Positions 26,928-35,972 of a stretch of 53,030 bases of DNA are shown one piece after another. Below the pieces are notes generated by a model that searched no databases, was not told where the DNA came from, and was given only the letters and a program-made list of their open reading frames with translations. Source of the stretch: a virus (Duplodnaviria; Caudoviricetes); IMG/VR virus record IMGVR_UViG_3300032136_000007, positions 1-53,030 of that record. One strand, 5' to 3'. Position 1 is the first letter of the stretch. Every line of letters starts with the position of its first letter. The position numbers were made by a program, and so were the translations under genes.

Positions 26928-27505
26928 TCTGTATCCTCCGGCATGTGCTCCAACAGTGTCTCGATCATGCCGCCCACAACCGGGATGCGTTTTTGCATGG
27001 CATCGCTTTGCCCCTGTAATTGCTTGATGACCCGTCTGGTCTGTTCCGGCGCAGCAGAGAAATCGAAACTGAGGAACGGCAGCCCCAGGGCTTCCCCCGG
27101 TCCTCGCAGCCGTGCGCCATACTTCCCGTCTCGGAACACGACCGGATAGACAAAGTTCATGCCGTTGAACAGAGTATAGAGGGCATCGGTCAGTCGCACA
27201 TGGTCACCGGGGTCTGCTGGCTGTCCGTCAGCATACCAGAAGCCACCCCACTGGATACGCCCAGCAGCATTGATGCTACCCATGCCACGATCCGGGGACA
27301 CGGTAGATACATGGTCCACATGCACCAACACCGTGTCCAGGTCGTCCAGGTACTTGGCGATCCGGTCGGCCAGCTTTTGGGCATCGGGCTTCATCTTCTG
27401 CAGAATCTGGTCAACCTGCTGCCCTGCCTCTCGTTCCGCTTCTTCGGCGGCAGACAGGTCGGCAACGTGCTGCCGGACCAGTTCAATCAGTGGTTTCGTT
27501 CGCAT
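26924..27505 (-). CDS. Hypothetical protein (MRTKPLIE...)
   Basis: AGAAAGG RBS before ATG 27505; the upstream in-frame extension looks non-coding. Confidence 0.65.
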   Translation of the reverse strand: MRTKPLIELVRQHVADLSAAEEAEREAGQQVDQILQKMKPDAQKLADRIAKYLDDLDTVLVHVDHVSTVSPDRGMGSINAAGRIQWGGFWYADGQPADPGDHVRLTDALYTLFNGMNFVYPVVFRDGKYGARLRGPGEALGLPFLSFDFSAAPEQTRRVIKQLQGQSDAMQKRIPVVGGMIETLLEHMPEDTE

Positions 27506-27738
27506 GGTCAGACCCTTTCTGTAAATCTTGGTTTTGAGATTCATGGCTTGTGGCGGTGATGTGGCCGGGGCGGAGGATACCCCTGGCCCACCTCTACCCA
27601 AAAGGAGAAAGACTGGCGCTCTACGCCGATGCTGCTGGCGTCTCCCCTGGCGGCAGTCCCCAGGCGATACCGGCGATGTGGCAGGATCGTGAGGCCACGG
27701 TGCTTCACTGCCGATAGGTGCGCCGTCTGGTGATGTCG

Positions 27739-28335
27739 TCAACGTTCTGGATAAACGACCCAGCCCTTGCCCAAATTGTCCCATAGGCATGGAACCTTGG
27801 TGGGCCCAAGCACTTCTTGCAGGTCATCGGTACGGACGGCTGGTCCCTCATAGAACCATCGCCCCCGGTAGTGCTCCACTTCGAGGCCGGCTACCCCCAT
27901 GTCGTGACTGAACTGTTCGGCACTAGACAGTGGTCGATCAGGCTGTTCGGGGTCCAGGCCGACGAAACGCATTTCCACACTGCTCACGGGCAGCTCGTCG
28001 GACATCTCGCCCCAACTGGTGGCAAGATCACGAACCTCGTCCAACAGACTGCCAAGCGTGAATTCTTCAAACTCGGCGGCTGGTAAGCCATACTGATCAC
28101 TGCCATTGATGGTAAACATGAGTTCTGTTCCTGGCGGGTACGGGTGAGGTTCTTTGTCCAGTTCACCCATATTGGCGGTGAGCAGCTCGTAGAGTTCCAG
28201 CTTGATTTCCAAGATGGTATCTTCAACGCTTGTGTCCCCGGCTTCAAGCCGGACATAGCACTTGCGCAATTCCTGGTTGAGTTCCTGGTAGCGCTCATGC
28301 TCTTGTGTTCCCCAGATGATGGTAGGAGCTGGCAT
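27739..28335 (-). CDS. Hypothetical acidic protein
   Basis: AGAAAGGA RBS; C-terminal YRGRWFYEGPAV...WDNLGKGWVVYP. Confidence 0.7.
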   Translation of the reverse strand: MPAPTIIWGTQEHERYQELNQELRKCYVRLEAGDTSVEDTILEIKLELYELLTANMGELDKEPHPYPPGTELMFTINGSDQYGLPAAEFEEFTLGSLLDEVRDLATSWGEMSDELPVSSVEMRFVGLDPEQPDRPLSSAEQFSHDMGVAGLEVEHYRGRWFYEGPAVRTDDLQEVLGPTKVPCLWDNLGKGWVVYPER

Positions 28336-28392
28336 GGTTTATTCCTTTCTGTGAGAAGATGATTTGTTGTCGCCCTGTCCGTTCCTGGCGGC

Positions 28393-28926
28393 TCAGATGC
28401 GCAGAAAATCGTTGGCCCACTGGAAACTGCACCCTGCGGCCTCAGCTGCAGCTTTATCCTCTGACCGGTCGCCAACGTAGAGTGTGTTCTGGGCAGACAC
28501 GCCGGCCAATTCGATAATGTGCAGCAGCATGCCGGGGGCGGGCTTGCGCCAATCGTGCCGCCATGCCGGGTTGCCGACCAGTGTGCGAGGTGGAGGGTTC
28601 CAGATACCCAGACTGTTACGGTAGGCGTAGGCCGCTGCCATCGCAATCGGCTGATCTGCGTCCAGTTGAGCGACCACGTTCTGTAGTCGTTGGGTTACGG
28701 TCTCTGGTGTGGGCATGGTGGCCGGGTTTAACCCCCTGGCGGTGAGCCAGTTGTAGAGGCCGGTGTCCTGCTCCGCCCACTCTCGCAGGCCGACACGCCC
28801 TTGGTTGGTTGCGATAGCCCAAGGTACGCCCAGGGTTTGCATCTTGCGTTTTGCCAGAGCGTAGGGCGCATGGGCGTCAAGCGGCACCAACGTCCCGTCC
28901 AGGTCGAAGATGATCAAGTCATACAT
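28393..28926 (-). CDS. HAD-superfamily phosphatase (class IIIA-like)
   Basis: IFDLDGTL, ATNQ, RKPAPGML, YVGDRSEDKAAA motifs. Confidence 0.9.
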   Translation of the reverse strand: MYDLIIFDLDGTLVPLDAHAPYALAKRKMQTLGVPWAIATNQGRVGLREWAEQDTGLYNWLTARGLNPATMPTPETVTQRLQNVVAQLDADQPIAMAAAYAYRNSLGIWNPPPRTLVGNPAWRHDWRKPAPGMLLHIIELAGVSAQNTLYVGDRSEDKAAAEAAGCSFQWANDFLRI

Positions 28927-29128
28927 GGTCGTTTCCCTGTTCTGTGTTGGCCGTGTCCACGCCCAGCAATGTACATTGGTAACAGCGGGGCTTGCCATCT
29001 ACGTGCTCGTCGATCTGTTCTCCACGCAGAGACCGGCACCGGTAGGGTCCCGTGCGGGCAATATGTACAGCACATCGGGTGCGGGTGTAGCCATCTGCGC
29101 TGGTATAGGTGTAGGTCGGAATAGGCAT
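28919..29128 (-). CDS. Small Cys-containing hypothetical protein
   Basis: AAAGGA RBS before ATG 29128; CAVH and CYQC motifs. Confidence 0.5.
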   Translation of the reverse strand: MPIPTYTYTSADGYTRTRCAVHIARTGPYRCRSLRGEQIDEHVDGKPRCYQCTLLGVDTANTEQGNDHV

Positions 29129-29144
29129 GGTGCGGTCCTTTTCC

Positions 29145-29237
29145 TGTTCGGTGTTCGGCCTGTTCGGGTGTTCTGTCGGCTGAACTGCCATGCTTTTGAG
29201 TATCAAGACGTATGACGAACAGGCTGAACACCGAACA
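29145..29237. repeat. 22-bp inverted repeat built of GAACA/TGTTC units around a 49-bp spacer
   Basis: TGTTCGGTGTTCGGCCTGTTCG (29145-29166) vs CGAACAGGCTGAACACCGAACA (29216-29237), one mismatch. Confidence 0.9.
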
Positions 29238-29801
29238 TTAGTGCAAATGGCTGGCCTGTGGCTGAACCGTTTGTGTCGCCTTCGCCTTGGGTTGTCTGGC
29301 TTGACGATAGCCGGTCCACAGCTTTGTCAGTAAACGGCTGGTCGTGTAGTTTTGGCTCCCAGGTGCATACGGTGTGACCCTGACCTCGCCCGGCACGATA
29401 TTGCCGTCATCATCCCTGTTGATTTCAACGGTCGCCATGTTCTGGCGGGAATTTTCCGTACTGCCGTTGACGGCGATAATCTCGCGGCGATCTTGCGCCA
29501 ATCTGGGGGAAGGGGCATTGGGATCTTGTGTGATCCACGCTTCCAGTACAGAGTAGACGGCGACGAGAACCAGGCCAGGGTGCTTTTCGGCAAACATGCG
29601 GCCCAACGCTGTCATCAATTCGGATTTCCCCTCCGGCATGTAGTCAAGTTGGTACAGGTGTGCAGCCAAGCCAGGCTTGTCGTTGGCTATGAACAGACAG
29701 AAAATCATCGGTCCCAATTCTGGCTGAGGAACTCCCAACAACTCGAGCACTGTTTCGACCTGCATCTGCAAGCCATCATTGAAGGTCTTGTCGCTAATCA
29801 T
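29238..29801 (-). CDS. Hypothetical protein (MISDKTFND...)
   Basis: AAGGAG RBS; overlaps the upstream gene stop. Confidence 0.65.
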   Translation of the reverse strand: MISDKTFNDGLQMQVETVLELLGVPQPELGPMIFCLFIANDKPGLAAHLYQLDYMPEGKSELMTALGRMFAEKHPGLVLVAVYSVLEAWITQDPNAPSPRLAQDRREIIAVNGSTENSRQNMATVEINRDDDGNIVPGEVRVTPYAPGSQNYTTSRLLTKLWTGYRQARQPKAKATQTVQPQASHLH

Positions 29802-30324
29802 TGTCGTTCTCGTCTCCTTGGATGTCATCATCCAGGTCCGTGTCGGTGTCGTCGGTTGACGGTACGGGGTCGTCCCATCCGGTGGCCAGGAACAATGTCG
29901 CTGTCCCTCCCCGGCCACTAGCGGGAGCCTTGCCGACTTTGTCGGCCCGGTCTTCTCTCATCAGTTGGTTGAGGTTGTTGAAGACCGTCTGATACGGGAT
30001 GCCGGTTTCTAAGGCGATCTGTGCGCCTGTTTTGGGTGTGTCTACTATGGACATCCAGACCGTACCTTTGGTGCCTAGCACGGTTTGGAGGCTGCTGAGG
30101 GCGGCCAGTTTTCGGCTGGCGGGATGATCCAGATCCAGGCTATCCAGAAAGCGACTGACGTGGGGCTGTTCAGCGTAGGCGGCGACTTCGTTCAGCCGCT
30201 CGGTGATGGTAAGCATGTCATCCATCAGTTGCACGTGCATGTCCGGGACGTGGGCCAGGGCTGCGCAGGTCTCTGCAACAACCCTGGCCAAGACGGTCCC
30301 CAGGGTGAAGGTGGCGCTGACCAT
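29794..30324 (-). CDS. Winged-helix DNA-binding protein
   Basis: PKTGAQIALETGIPYQTVFNNLNQL HTH-like segment plus GRGG wing. Confidence 0.6.
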   Translation of the reverse strand: MVSATFTLGTVLARVVAETCAALAHVPDMHVQLMDDMLTITERLNEVAAYAEQPHVSRFLDSLDLDHPASRKLAALSSLQTVLGTKGTVWMSIVDTPKTGAQIALETGIPYQTVFNNLNQLMREDRADKVGKAPASGRGGTATLFLATGWDDPVPSTDDTDTDLDDDIQGDENDND

Positions 30325-31715
30325 CAGGCCACCTCCGCATCCGGGCTGACGAACCGGCCACGGTCGGCCAGGCCCAGGTCCACCCCTTGAATTTCAGTGT
30401 TCAGATTTAAGGTGCGGCGGGCCATCTGGATGCCGTCAGGCGTGGGCATGTCGGAAATGCCCAGGCTACGGGTGCTGGCGGGGCGCTCGCCCAGGTCCAG
30501 CAGGGTCTGGCGGGTGAGGGTGACGATGGCGGCCAGTTGGTTCTGCACTTGGCCCAGATCACGGGCGGACGAGTCGGGCAGGATGACGCTCTCTCGTAAC
30601 TGCTGAATCATCTGAGCGGCGTCGGCGTCATCGAAGAAGTTCAGTTTTTCGATCTGCTGAATCATGTTCTTGACCTGGACGACCGTGCGGGCGTGCATGC
30701 CGTCTTTGCCCTGGAGCTTGGCGAGCACGTCCCGACAGGTGTCGAAGATGAGGCCGGTCAGTTGGCCCCGGATGTCGGCCATGAAGCCGTTGACGAGCTG
30801 CTCTTTCTGCTTGCGGGCAGATTCCACGATGTCCCGGTTCATGGCTTCCATCATCTGGACCTTGACGTCGGCTGCGGACTGGCTGGCCCGAACTTCGGCC
30901 TGGATTTTTTGATTCTCGGCCCATTCCCGCTCTCGCCGGAGACGAGCTTGGGCCTGAGCTTCCTCGATGCTGAGGTCCGTCTGGATTCGGATGTTCTGCG
31001 CTTTGGCGGCGTCCTCGGCCAGGAGCGAGGGCAGGGGGATGTAGTACAGTTCCAGCTCGAAGCCAAAGCTGTCTTGGATCTGTCCCTTGCTGGGGATGCG
31101 ATTGAGGATGGATGTGACCAGATTGACCACAAACTGCTCTTCCGTCTGGTCGCCCAGGCTGGCCGGGGCGACCTGGGCGAGACGCTGATAGGCCATCCGG
31201 GCGGCCCGGCGATACTGGCTGCGCATCTGCTCGACCCAGCCGTCGTAGCTGGCCAGGATCTCGTCTCGCAGTGCGAAGTACTCTCGCTCCAACTGGTCTA
31301 GATCGTTCTTCACGTCCTGGTATGCGGTGACCGGGACGAACTGTCCCCAGTAGGTGGTGTAGCTGGCGTTGCCCAGGCGGGTGCGGGCCTTGCTGTCCAG
31401 ATTGTCCAGCTTGCGTAGGGTGACCTTGGGCATGAGCATCTTTTCGCCCAGGCTCATCAGGTCGTTGAGGCTCTGGGAATGTTCGGTGTCTATGCCAAGA
31501 TCCTTGGCATCCAGGCGGGTCTTGCCCCGCCAGCGGCGAATGTGCAGCCGGGCAATGACACCGGCCCGCATGTGCTGTGTCCAGTCGGTGTCGAGGCGTT
31601 TGACGGTCTGGCCCGTTTCGTCCTCAATACGCTGAATGTCCTGCTCAATTAGGCTACTGGATTTACCTTGTGCCACGATCCACTCCTGTGTTACACTGCT
31701 GTTGTTGATGCTCAT
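30324..31715 (-). CDS. DUF3150-like protein with coiled-coil C-terminus
   Basis: LHIRRWRGKTRL..KDLG...SLGEK.L.PK..L..L..L...AR..L...FVP pattern; AAAGGAG RBS. Confidence 0.6.
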   Translation of the reverse strand: MSINNSSVTQEWIVAQGKSSSLIEQDIQRIEDETGQTVKRLDTDWTQHMRAGVIARLHIRRWRGKTRLDAKDLGIDTEHSQSLNDLMSLGEKMLMPKVTLRKLDNLDSKARTRLGNASYTTYWGQFVPVTAYQDVKNDLDQLEREYFALRDEILASYDGWVEQMRSQYRRAARMAYQRLAQVAPASLGDQTEEQFVVNLVTSILNRIPSKGQIQDSFGFELELYYIPLPSLLAEDAAKAQNIRIQTDLSIEEAQAQARLRREREWAENQKIQAEVRASQSAADVKVQMMEAMNRDIVESARKQKEQLVNGFMADIRGQLTGLIFDTCRDVLAKLQGKDGMHARTVVQVKNMIQQIEKLNFFDDADAAQMIQQLRESVILPDSSARDLGQVQNQLAAIVTLTRQTLLDLGERPASTRSLGISDMPTPDGIQMARRTLNLNTEIQGVDLGLADRGRFVSPDAEVA

Positions 31716-31759
31716 GACATCAACTCCTTTCTTTCTGGCGCCGACCTGTGCTTCCCACA

Positions 31760-32017
31760 CTAGGTCGGCGCATTCTTTTTCTGCGTCTCTGTCCACACCC
31801 CTACTAACTTCGGCTCATATTGGAATGTCCATAGGAGCGTCGGTCCGGTTGGGTCTACGATCTGTCCCCATGCCAGCTCGTCCATGTTGGTTGACTCGAC
31901 CCTGGCATCGAAGAGGGCCTTGGCCGTCTCTGCATCGTCAAAGGACCCCATCAGATCTTGGATCCCGCCGCGGGGCGGCTCTGGACCCCCAAACAGCAAA
32001 ACGGTCATTGTCTGCAT
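31760..32017 (-). CDS. Small hypothetical protein
   Basis: First gene after the promoter at 32060-32088; AAAGGA RBS. Confidence 0.65.
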   Translation of the reverse strand: MQTMTVLLFGGPEPPRGGIQDLMGSFDDAETAKALFDARVESTNMDELAWGQIVDPTGPTLLWTFQYEPKLVGVWTETQKKNAPT

Positions 32018-32059
32018 CCTTTCTTTCTGTTGTGAATGTGCGTTGTGCTTCCCAGTAGA

Positions 32060-32088
32060 AGTATAACGAATTTTCTGCGTATTGTCAA
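32060..32088 (-). promoter_or_regulatory. Sigma70-like early promoter
   Basis: TTGACA-17 nt-TATACT on the minus strand; ACAAAGATAAAAC box at 32105-32117. Confidence 0.8.
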
Positions 32089-32131
32089 ATTTAGATACGA
32101 TAAAACAAAGATAAAACTTTATTAAACGGAG

Positions 32132-32170
32132 AAAAAGCAGGGGAAGCCTTTTCGCTGGCTCCCCCGCTTT
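32132..32170 (-). terminator. Intrinsic terminator after the AAA+ gene
   Basis: Imperfect GC-rich stem directly after the stop, with an A-run on + (U-tract on -). Confidence 0.65.
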
Positions 32171-32173
32171 GTG

Positions 32174-33964
32174 CTAGAGCAGGTTCAGGCTGCGCTCCCC
32201 GGCATCCCTGGTCTGCTCGATTTGGGCGTCCAGAGCGGTGCGGTTGGCCAGCAGTTTGCGGTACTTGGCGGGGAGCAGGTCGGTGTCGTTGGTCTCCTTG
32301 ATGGCCAGAAGGGTCATAAACTGGATGTCGGCGGTGCTTGGGCTGAGGCGCTTGAAGGCCTGGACCAGGGCATCCTGAGGGGAGAGCGCTTCGTCCTCGA
32401 CCAGTTCGATGGCCTTGACTGCTGCCGCTTCGATCTCGGCCCCGGTCCAGCCATCACAGGCTTCGGCCAGGGGGGACATGTCAAGATTCTCAATGTCCAG
32501 ACCGTAGGCGGAGGCCATGACCCGGATGATGCTGGCCCGCTCGTCCTCGTCGGGGACCAGGAACGGGATCTTCTTGTCGAAGCGACCGGGGCGGCGCAGG
32601 GCGGCATCCATGAGGTCGGGCCGGTTGGTGGCGGCCAGGAAGACGACCTTGCCCCGGTGGGTGGTGTCGGACATGAACTCCAACAACCGCTTGAAGATGC
32701 GACTGCCAACCCCGCTGTCTCCGCCCTCGCTGCGAGAGACGGTCTGGTCAATCTCGTCAATGAAGACGATGGTGGGGGAGAGGCTTTCAATGGCCTGGAT
32801 TGCTTTCTCCAGGTTGCGCTCACTGTTGCCCACGTACTGGCCCAGGATGCGGGACATGTTCAGGCTGACAGCGTTGATGCCCGCTTCTTTGGCCACGGCC
32901 ACGGCGACGGCGCTCTTGCCGGTCCCCGCGGGGCCGGTCATGAGGACACCCATCGGGACTCGGCTGTAACGGCCATCCTGGATGGGCTGGATGACGCTGC
33001 GGTTGAAGAAGGCCTTGACGTGCTCCAGCCCGCCGATGCGCTCCCAGCCATAGGTCGGCTCGATCATTTCCAGCACGTCCGCAAACTCGCTGGCGATGAT
33101 GCTGTCCTTGCGTTCCTTGACCAACTCCCAGGTCAGCGCCCCGGTCTGTCGGGCACGGAGCAGGATGTCCCGGATGTGAACTAGGCCGAGTCCGGCAGTG
33201 CCGTTGGCGAGGCGGGTGGCGTTGATCTTCCACTCAAACCCCCGGAAGGCATCCGTGGCGCTCAATCGGTTGATGTACTGGCTACGCTCCCGCAGATTGG
33301 GCAGGTCTACGCTGATGCTCTCGTAGCGGTTGCTGGCGGCGACTAGGGCGGGGTGCAGATTGCCCAGGCTGTCGGTGACCAGGATCACGCATTGGCCATG
33401 GGCGGCCAGATCCGGGTCGCTGCCCCACCCGGCCAGAGTGATGAGGCTTTCTCGGTCCTCCGGACTGAGCATGTAGGCGTCGGCATTGGGGGCCAGGGTT
33501 TCGGGGTGGTTGATGATCACGGTGCAGCGGATGGTGGAATCGTGAAGCAGGGTGTTGAGCAGGGGCAATACCTGGCCGGGACGACGAGGGAGTTCCTCGT
33601 CGGTCTGCTGCCCACCGTTGCTGCCCAGAAGGGCGGCCAACACATCGTCCTGCCCGCCCTGGGCTTCCTGCTGCCCTAGCCCGATCATGTCCATGAACTT
33701 CTGGCGCATGGAGTCCAGCGGGAAGCGTAACCCGTTGGCCCGGTCGTAGGTGACCACGATGTCCATGAGACTTCCCTGCTCGGTCTGGCTGCCGATGAGA
33801 ACTTTGGTGATGTAGTCCTGGACGGAGACGCCGGAGGTGGTGACGTCGTTGGTGTTGAAGTGGAAGATGAAGGCGTGGGCGACCTGGCTGGTGTACTGAC
33901 GCTGCCAGGTCTTGGCCCACTTGGGAGCGGAGCCGTTGGTCTGCTGAGTGGTCTGCTGAGTCAT
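32174..33964 (-). CDS. AAA+ ATPase (Ycf46/CDC48-like; degenerate N-terminal and intact C-terminal AAA domain)
   Basis: IGGLE, GPAGTGKS, FIDEID, AATNRPDLMDAALRRPGRFD, GWTGAEIE. Confidence 0.92.
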   Translation of the reverse strand: MTQQTTQQTNGSAPKWAKTWQRQYTSQVAHAFIFHFNTNDVTTSGVSVQDYITKVLIGSQTEQGSLMDIVVTYDRANGLRFPLDSMRQKFMDMIGLGQQEAQGGQDDVLAALLGSNGGQQTDEELPRRPGQVLPLLNTLLHDSTIRCTVIINHPETLAPNADAYMLSPEDRESLITLAGWGSDPDLAAHGQCVILVTDSLGNLHPALVAASNRYESISVDLPNLRERSQYINRLSATDAFRGFEWKINATRLANGTAGLGLVHIRDILLRARQTGALTWELVKERKDSIIASEFADVLEMIEPTYGWERIGGLEHVKAFFNRSVIQPIQDGRYSRVPMGVLMTGPAGTGKSAVAVAVAKEAGINAVSLNMSRILGQYVGNSERNLEKAIQAIESLSPTIVFIDEIDQTVSRSEGGDSGVGSRIFKRLLEFMSDTTHRGKVVFLAATNRPDLMDAALRRPGRFDKKIPFLVPDEDERASIIRVMASAYGLDIENLDMSPLAEACDGWTGAEIEAAAVKAIELVEDEALSPQDALVQAFKRLSPSTADIQFMTLLAIKETNDTDLLPAKYRKLLANRTALDAQIEQTRDAGERSLNLL

Positions 33965-34029
33965 GGTGCGATCCTTTCTTTCTGGTAGTTGAGATTCAAA
34001 TGCGACACAGTGTCGTATTTGGTTTGAGC

Positions 34030-34275
34030 TTATCCGTGGTGGTGGCCGGTGTGTGTCGTGTCGTGGAGCCGGTCCAGCACCTTGTCGGCACCGGTGCGGT
34101 GATTCTCGACTTGTCCAATCTGCGGTAGGCTAAACCCTTCAGCTTCCAGGGTTGAGAGCAGCTTGGCGATATTCTCGGCCCCCTCCTGGAAGGAGCCGTC
34201 CTCTGCGAAGAAGCCGATGTCGAATCCACCGTCGTCATTGCTCAGAATAGCGATCTTGAATGTCTGCTGGCTCAT
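34030..34275 (-). CDS. DUF2997-like small protein
   Basis: Beta-beta-alpha pattern (IAI..DDGG.DI...G...G...AKLL..LE), His-rich tail; adjacent to the Ycf46-like AAA. Confidence 0.5.
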   Translation of the reverse strand: MSQQTFKIAILSNDDGGFDIGFFAEDGSFQEGAENIAKLLSTLEAEGFSLPQIGQVENHRTGADKVLDRLHDTTHTGHHHG

Positions 34276-34284
34276 TGTGTTCTC

Positions 34285-34653
34285 CTATCGGGTGGTGACG
34301 GTGAGGATCATACCTCGTCCGTCCTGGACGTATTCGGCTTTCTGGACGCTCGCCTTAGCTTGCATGGCCTTGGCGATGAGGGCGAGGGCGGCTTTGTTGA
34401 GCTTACCGATCACTTCGTTGTGAAACACCTGGGCTTCGGCCCGATTCCCGTTGCTGTTGGAGATCTGAACCTCGGCCTTGCCGTCCTTGTCGTAGACCCG
34501 CACGTCGTTGACGCCAACCTGGAAGATGAAGGCGTACTGTCCGTTCACCGTGTATCCTCGTTGGGGGTAGAGGGCCTTGAGCAGTTCCACGGTCTGCTTG
34601 TAGGTGAGGGCAGCAACCTTTGCCCTGGCTGTTGCTACGGAATTACATGCCAT
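34285..34653 (-). CDS. DUF1257/Ycf35-like protein
   Basis: Size, N-terminal MAC.S motif, C-terminal QDGRGMILTV strand; synteny with the AAA gene. Confidence 0.45.
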   Translation of the reverse strand: MACNSVATARAKVAALTYKQTVELLKALYPQRGYTVNGQYAFIFQVGVNDVRVYDKDGKAEVQISNSNGNRAEAQVFHNEVIGKLNKAALALIAKAMQAKASVQKAEYVQDGRGMILTVTTR

Positions 34654-34656
34654 CGT

Positions 34657-34875
34657 TCATGCCTCCTCGATTTCAATAGGCTGGTCGAACTGAATAAACT
34701 CTTCGACCAGGAAGCCAACCACCATACAATATTCAATCTCGTTTCCATGGCGCTGATAGGGAGTGCTGAGAACGTATATCGTCTCTCCCTGGCTCTGGAA
34801 TGTGCGTTGGACAAGGAACTCGCCCCCATCGTCTTCATTCACCGCTATGGTCCGAATTCTTCCAATTGCCTGCAT
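34657..34875 (-). CDS. Small hypothetical protein
   Basis: AAGGAG RBS; first gene behind a consensus promoter. Confidence 0.65.
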   Translation of the reverse strand: MQAIGRIRTIAVNEDDGGEFLVQRTFQSQGETIYVLSTPYQRHGNEIEYCMVVGFLVEEFIQFDQPIEIEEA

Positions 34876-34920
34876 TGCTCTGCTCCTTGGGTTTCGATTG
34901 TTCTGTCTCTTCTCACCCTA

Positions 34921-34963
34921 ATTATAAAGTCTAATCTTTTGTTTGTCAAGTTATATCTTTGTT
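34921..34963 (-). promoter_or_regulatory. Perfect-consensus sigma70 promoter with adjacent operator box
   Basis: TTGACA (34949-34944), 17 nt, TATAAT (34926-34921); ACAAAGATATAAC abuts the -35. Confidence 0.9.
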
Positions 34964-35009
34964 AAACTGTGAAGCAATTGCAATAAGTCTGATTATTGTG
35001 GTATTTGGC

Positions 35010-35972
35010 TCAGAATAGGGAGAGTTGCGTGAGATTTTCTGGAAGGGGTTCGGGGGCAGGGATACGAATGGGGAAAGGGGAGAGGGCTTGATCGGGCGAC
35101 GAACCAGACGGCAGGGAGAGGGGCGGAGATGTCGGGAATTCGTAGGTGGGCATGGTTGGTAAGACCAGGGTCGATGCCCGTAGCCCATACAGGTGGCAGT
35201 TCAGTTCGGCCATCTTCACGCACAGCCGGTCAATATCCTGACCAAAAAACTGGACCATGCCCAGGGTCCGCATCCAGGCGGGGAACATGCGGGCGGCGGC
35301 CAGCAGCTGGATGCCGGAGCCACAGGCGGGGTCATGGACGGTGATCGGTTCGTAATACGGTTCGACGACTGGCCACACTTGGCTGATGAAGTGGGCTTGC
35401 GCTTGCTCCTCGGGGAGGATGATGCCGGTGAGGGTGACGGCTGTCAGCCATGCGGAAGTGGCCGGGTTTTGCATGGCTTTATCTTTGGCGGCGATGAGAC
35501 GGTCCTGGACCATCCGAGAACCGTCATCGATCGTCACTTGAGCCATTGCCCAAGAGAGGGACCAGGGCGTAAAAAACTGCCCGTTCCATCCGCCTTGCTC
35601 CAATTCCTGGTAGACCCAGCCCACCACATCGGGACCGCCGCCAGGGTTGCCCGGATAGCTGGTCAGAGCTTGCTCCGGCGATACGTCGAGGCCCTTGGGA
35701 GCCACGTCAAGCATAAGATGGTAGGCATCACGGAAACGATCAAAGTAGCCCCCGGTCGTCCCGTAGATGCTTCTGAGCTTGGCCCACAGATCGGCGGTCG
35801 GTTCGTCGTCCTCGGCTGGGCGGCCAGTCTCGGCCAGGGCTTTCAGGTGTGCCGGCATCATGCGTTGTGTAGCGATGCAGATGTCCAGCCAATCCTCGAA
35901 TACGTCTCCGATGCGGCGGCCAGCAGCCGTGTTCTGTTCCAGGAGGCGACAGATTTGCTTGATAGTCGTCAT
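35010..35972 (-). CDS. N6-adenine DNA methyltransferase-like protein (SAM-binding motifs, no NPPY)
   Basis: GQFFTP, VHDPACGSG, FFGQDID..CVKMAELN; ends in a Pro-rich tail with QLSLF. Confidence 0.75.
   Translation of the reverse strand: MTTIKQICRLLEQNTAAGRRIGDVFEDWLDICIATQRMMPAHLKALAETGRPAEDDEPTADLWAKLRSIYGTTGGYFDRFRDAYHLMLDVAPKGLDVSPEQALTSYPGNPGGGPDVVGWVYQELEQGGWNGQFFTPWSLSWAMAQVTIDDGSRMVQDRLIAAKDKAMQNPATSAWLTAVTLTGIILPEEQAQAHFISQVWPVVEPYYEPITVHDPACGSGIQLLAAARMFPAWMRTLGMVQFFGQDIDRLCVKMAELNCHLYGLRASTLVLPTMPTYEFPTSPPLSLPSGSSPDQALSPFPIRIPAPEPLPENLTQLSLF

Noticed and set aside
27506-27790. N-terminal extension of the 288-aa ORF
   Set aside because: Low-complexity Pro/Arg/Gly translation overlapping the upstream gene; good RBS at ATG 27505.
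29145-29237. MITE or IS remnant
   Set aside because: No target-site duplication, single copy, and no transposase in the window.
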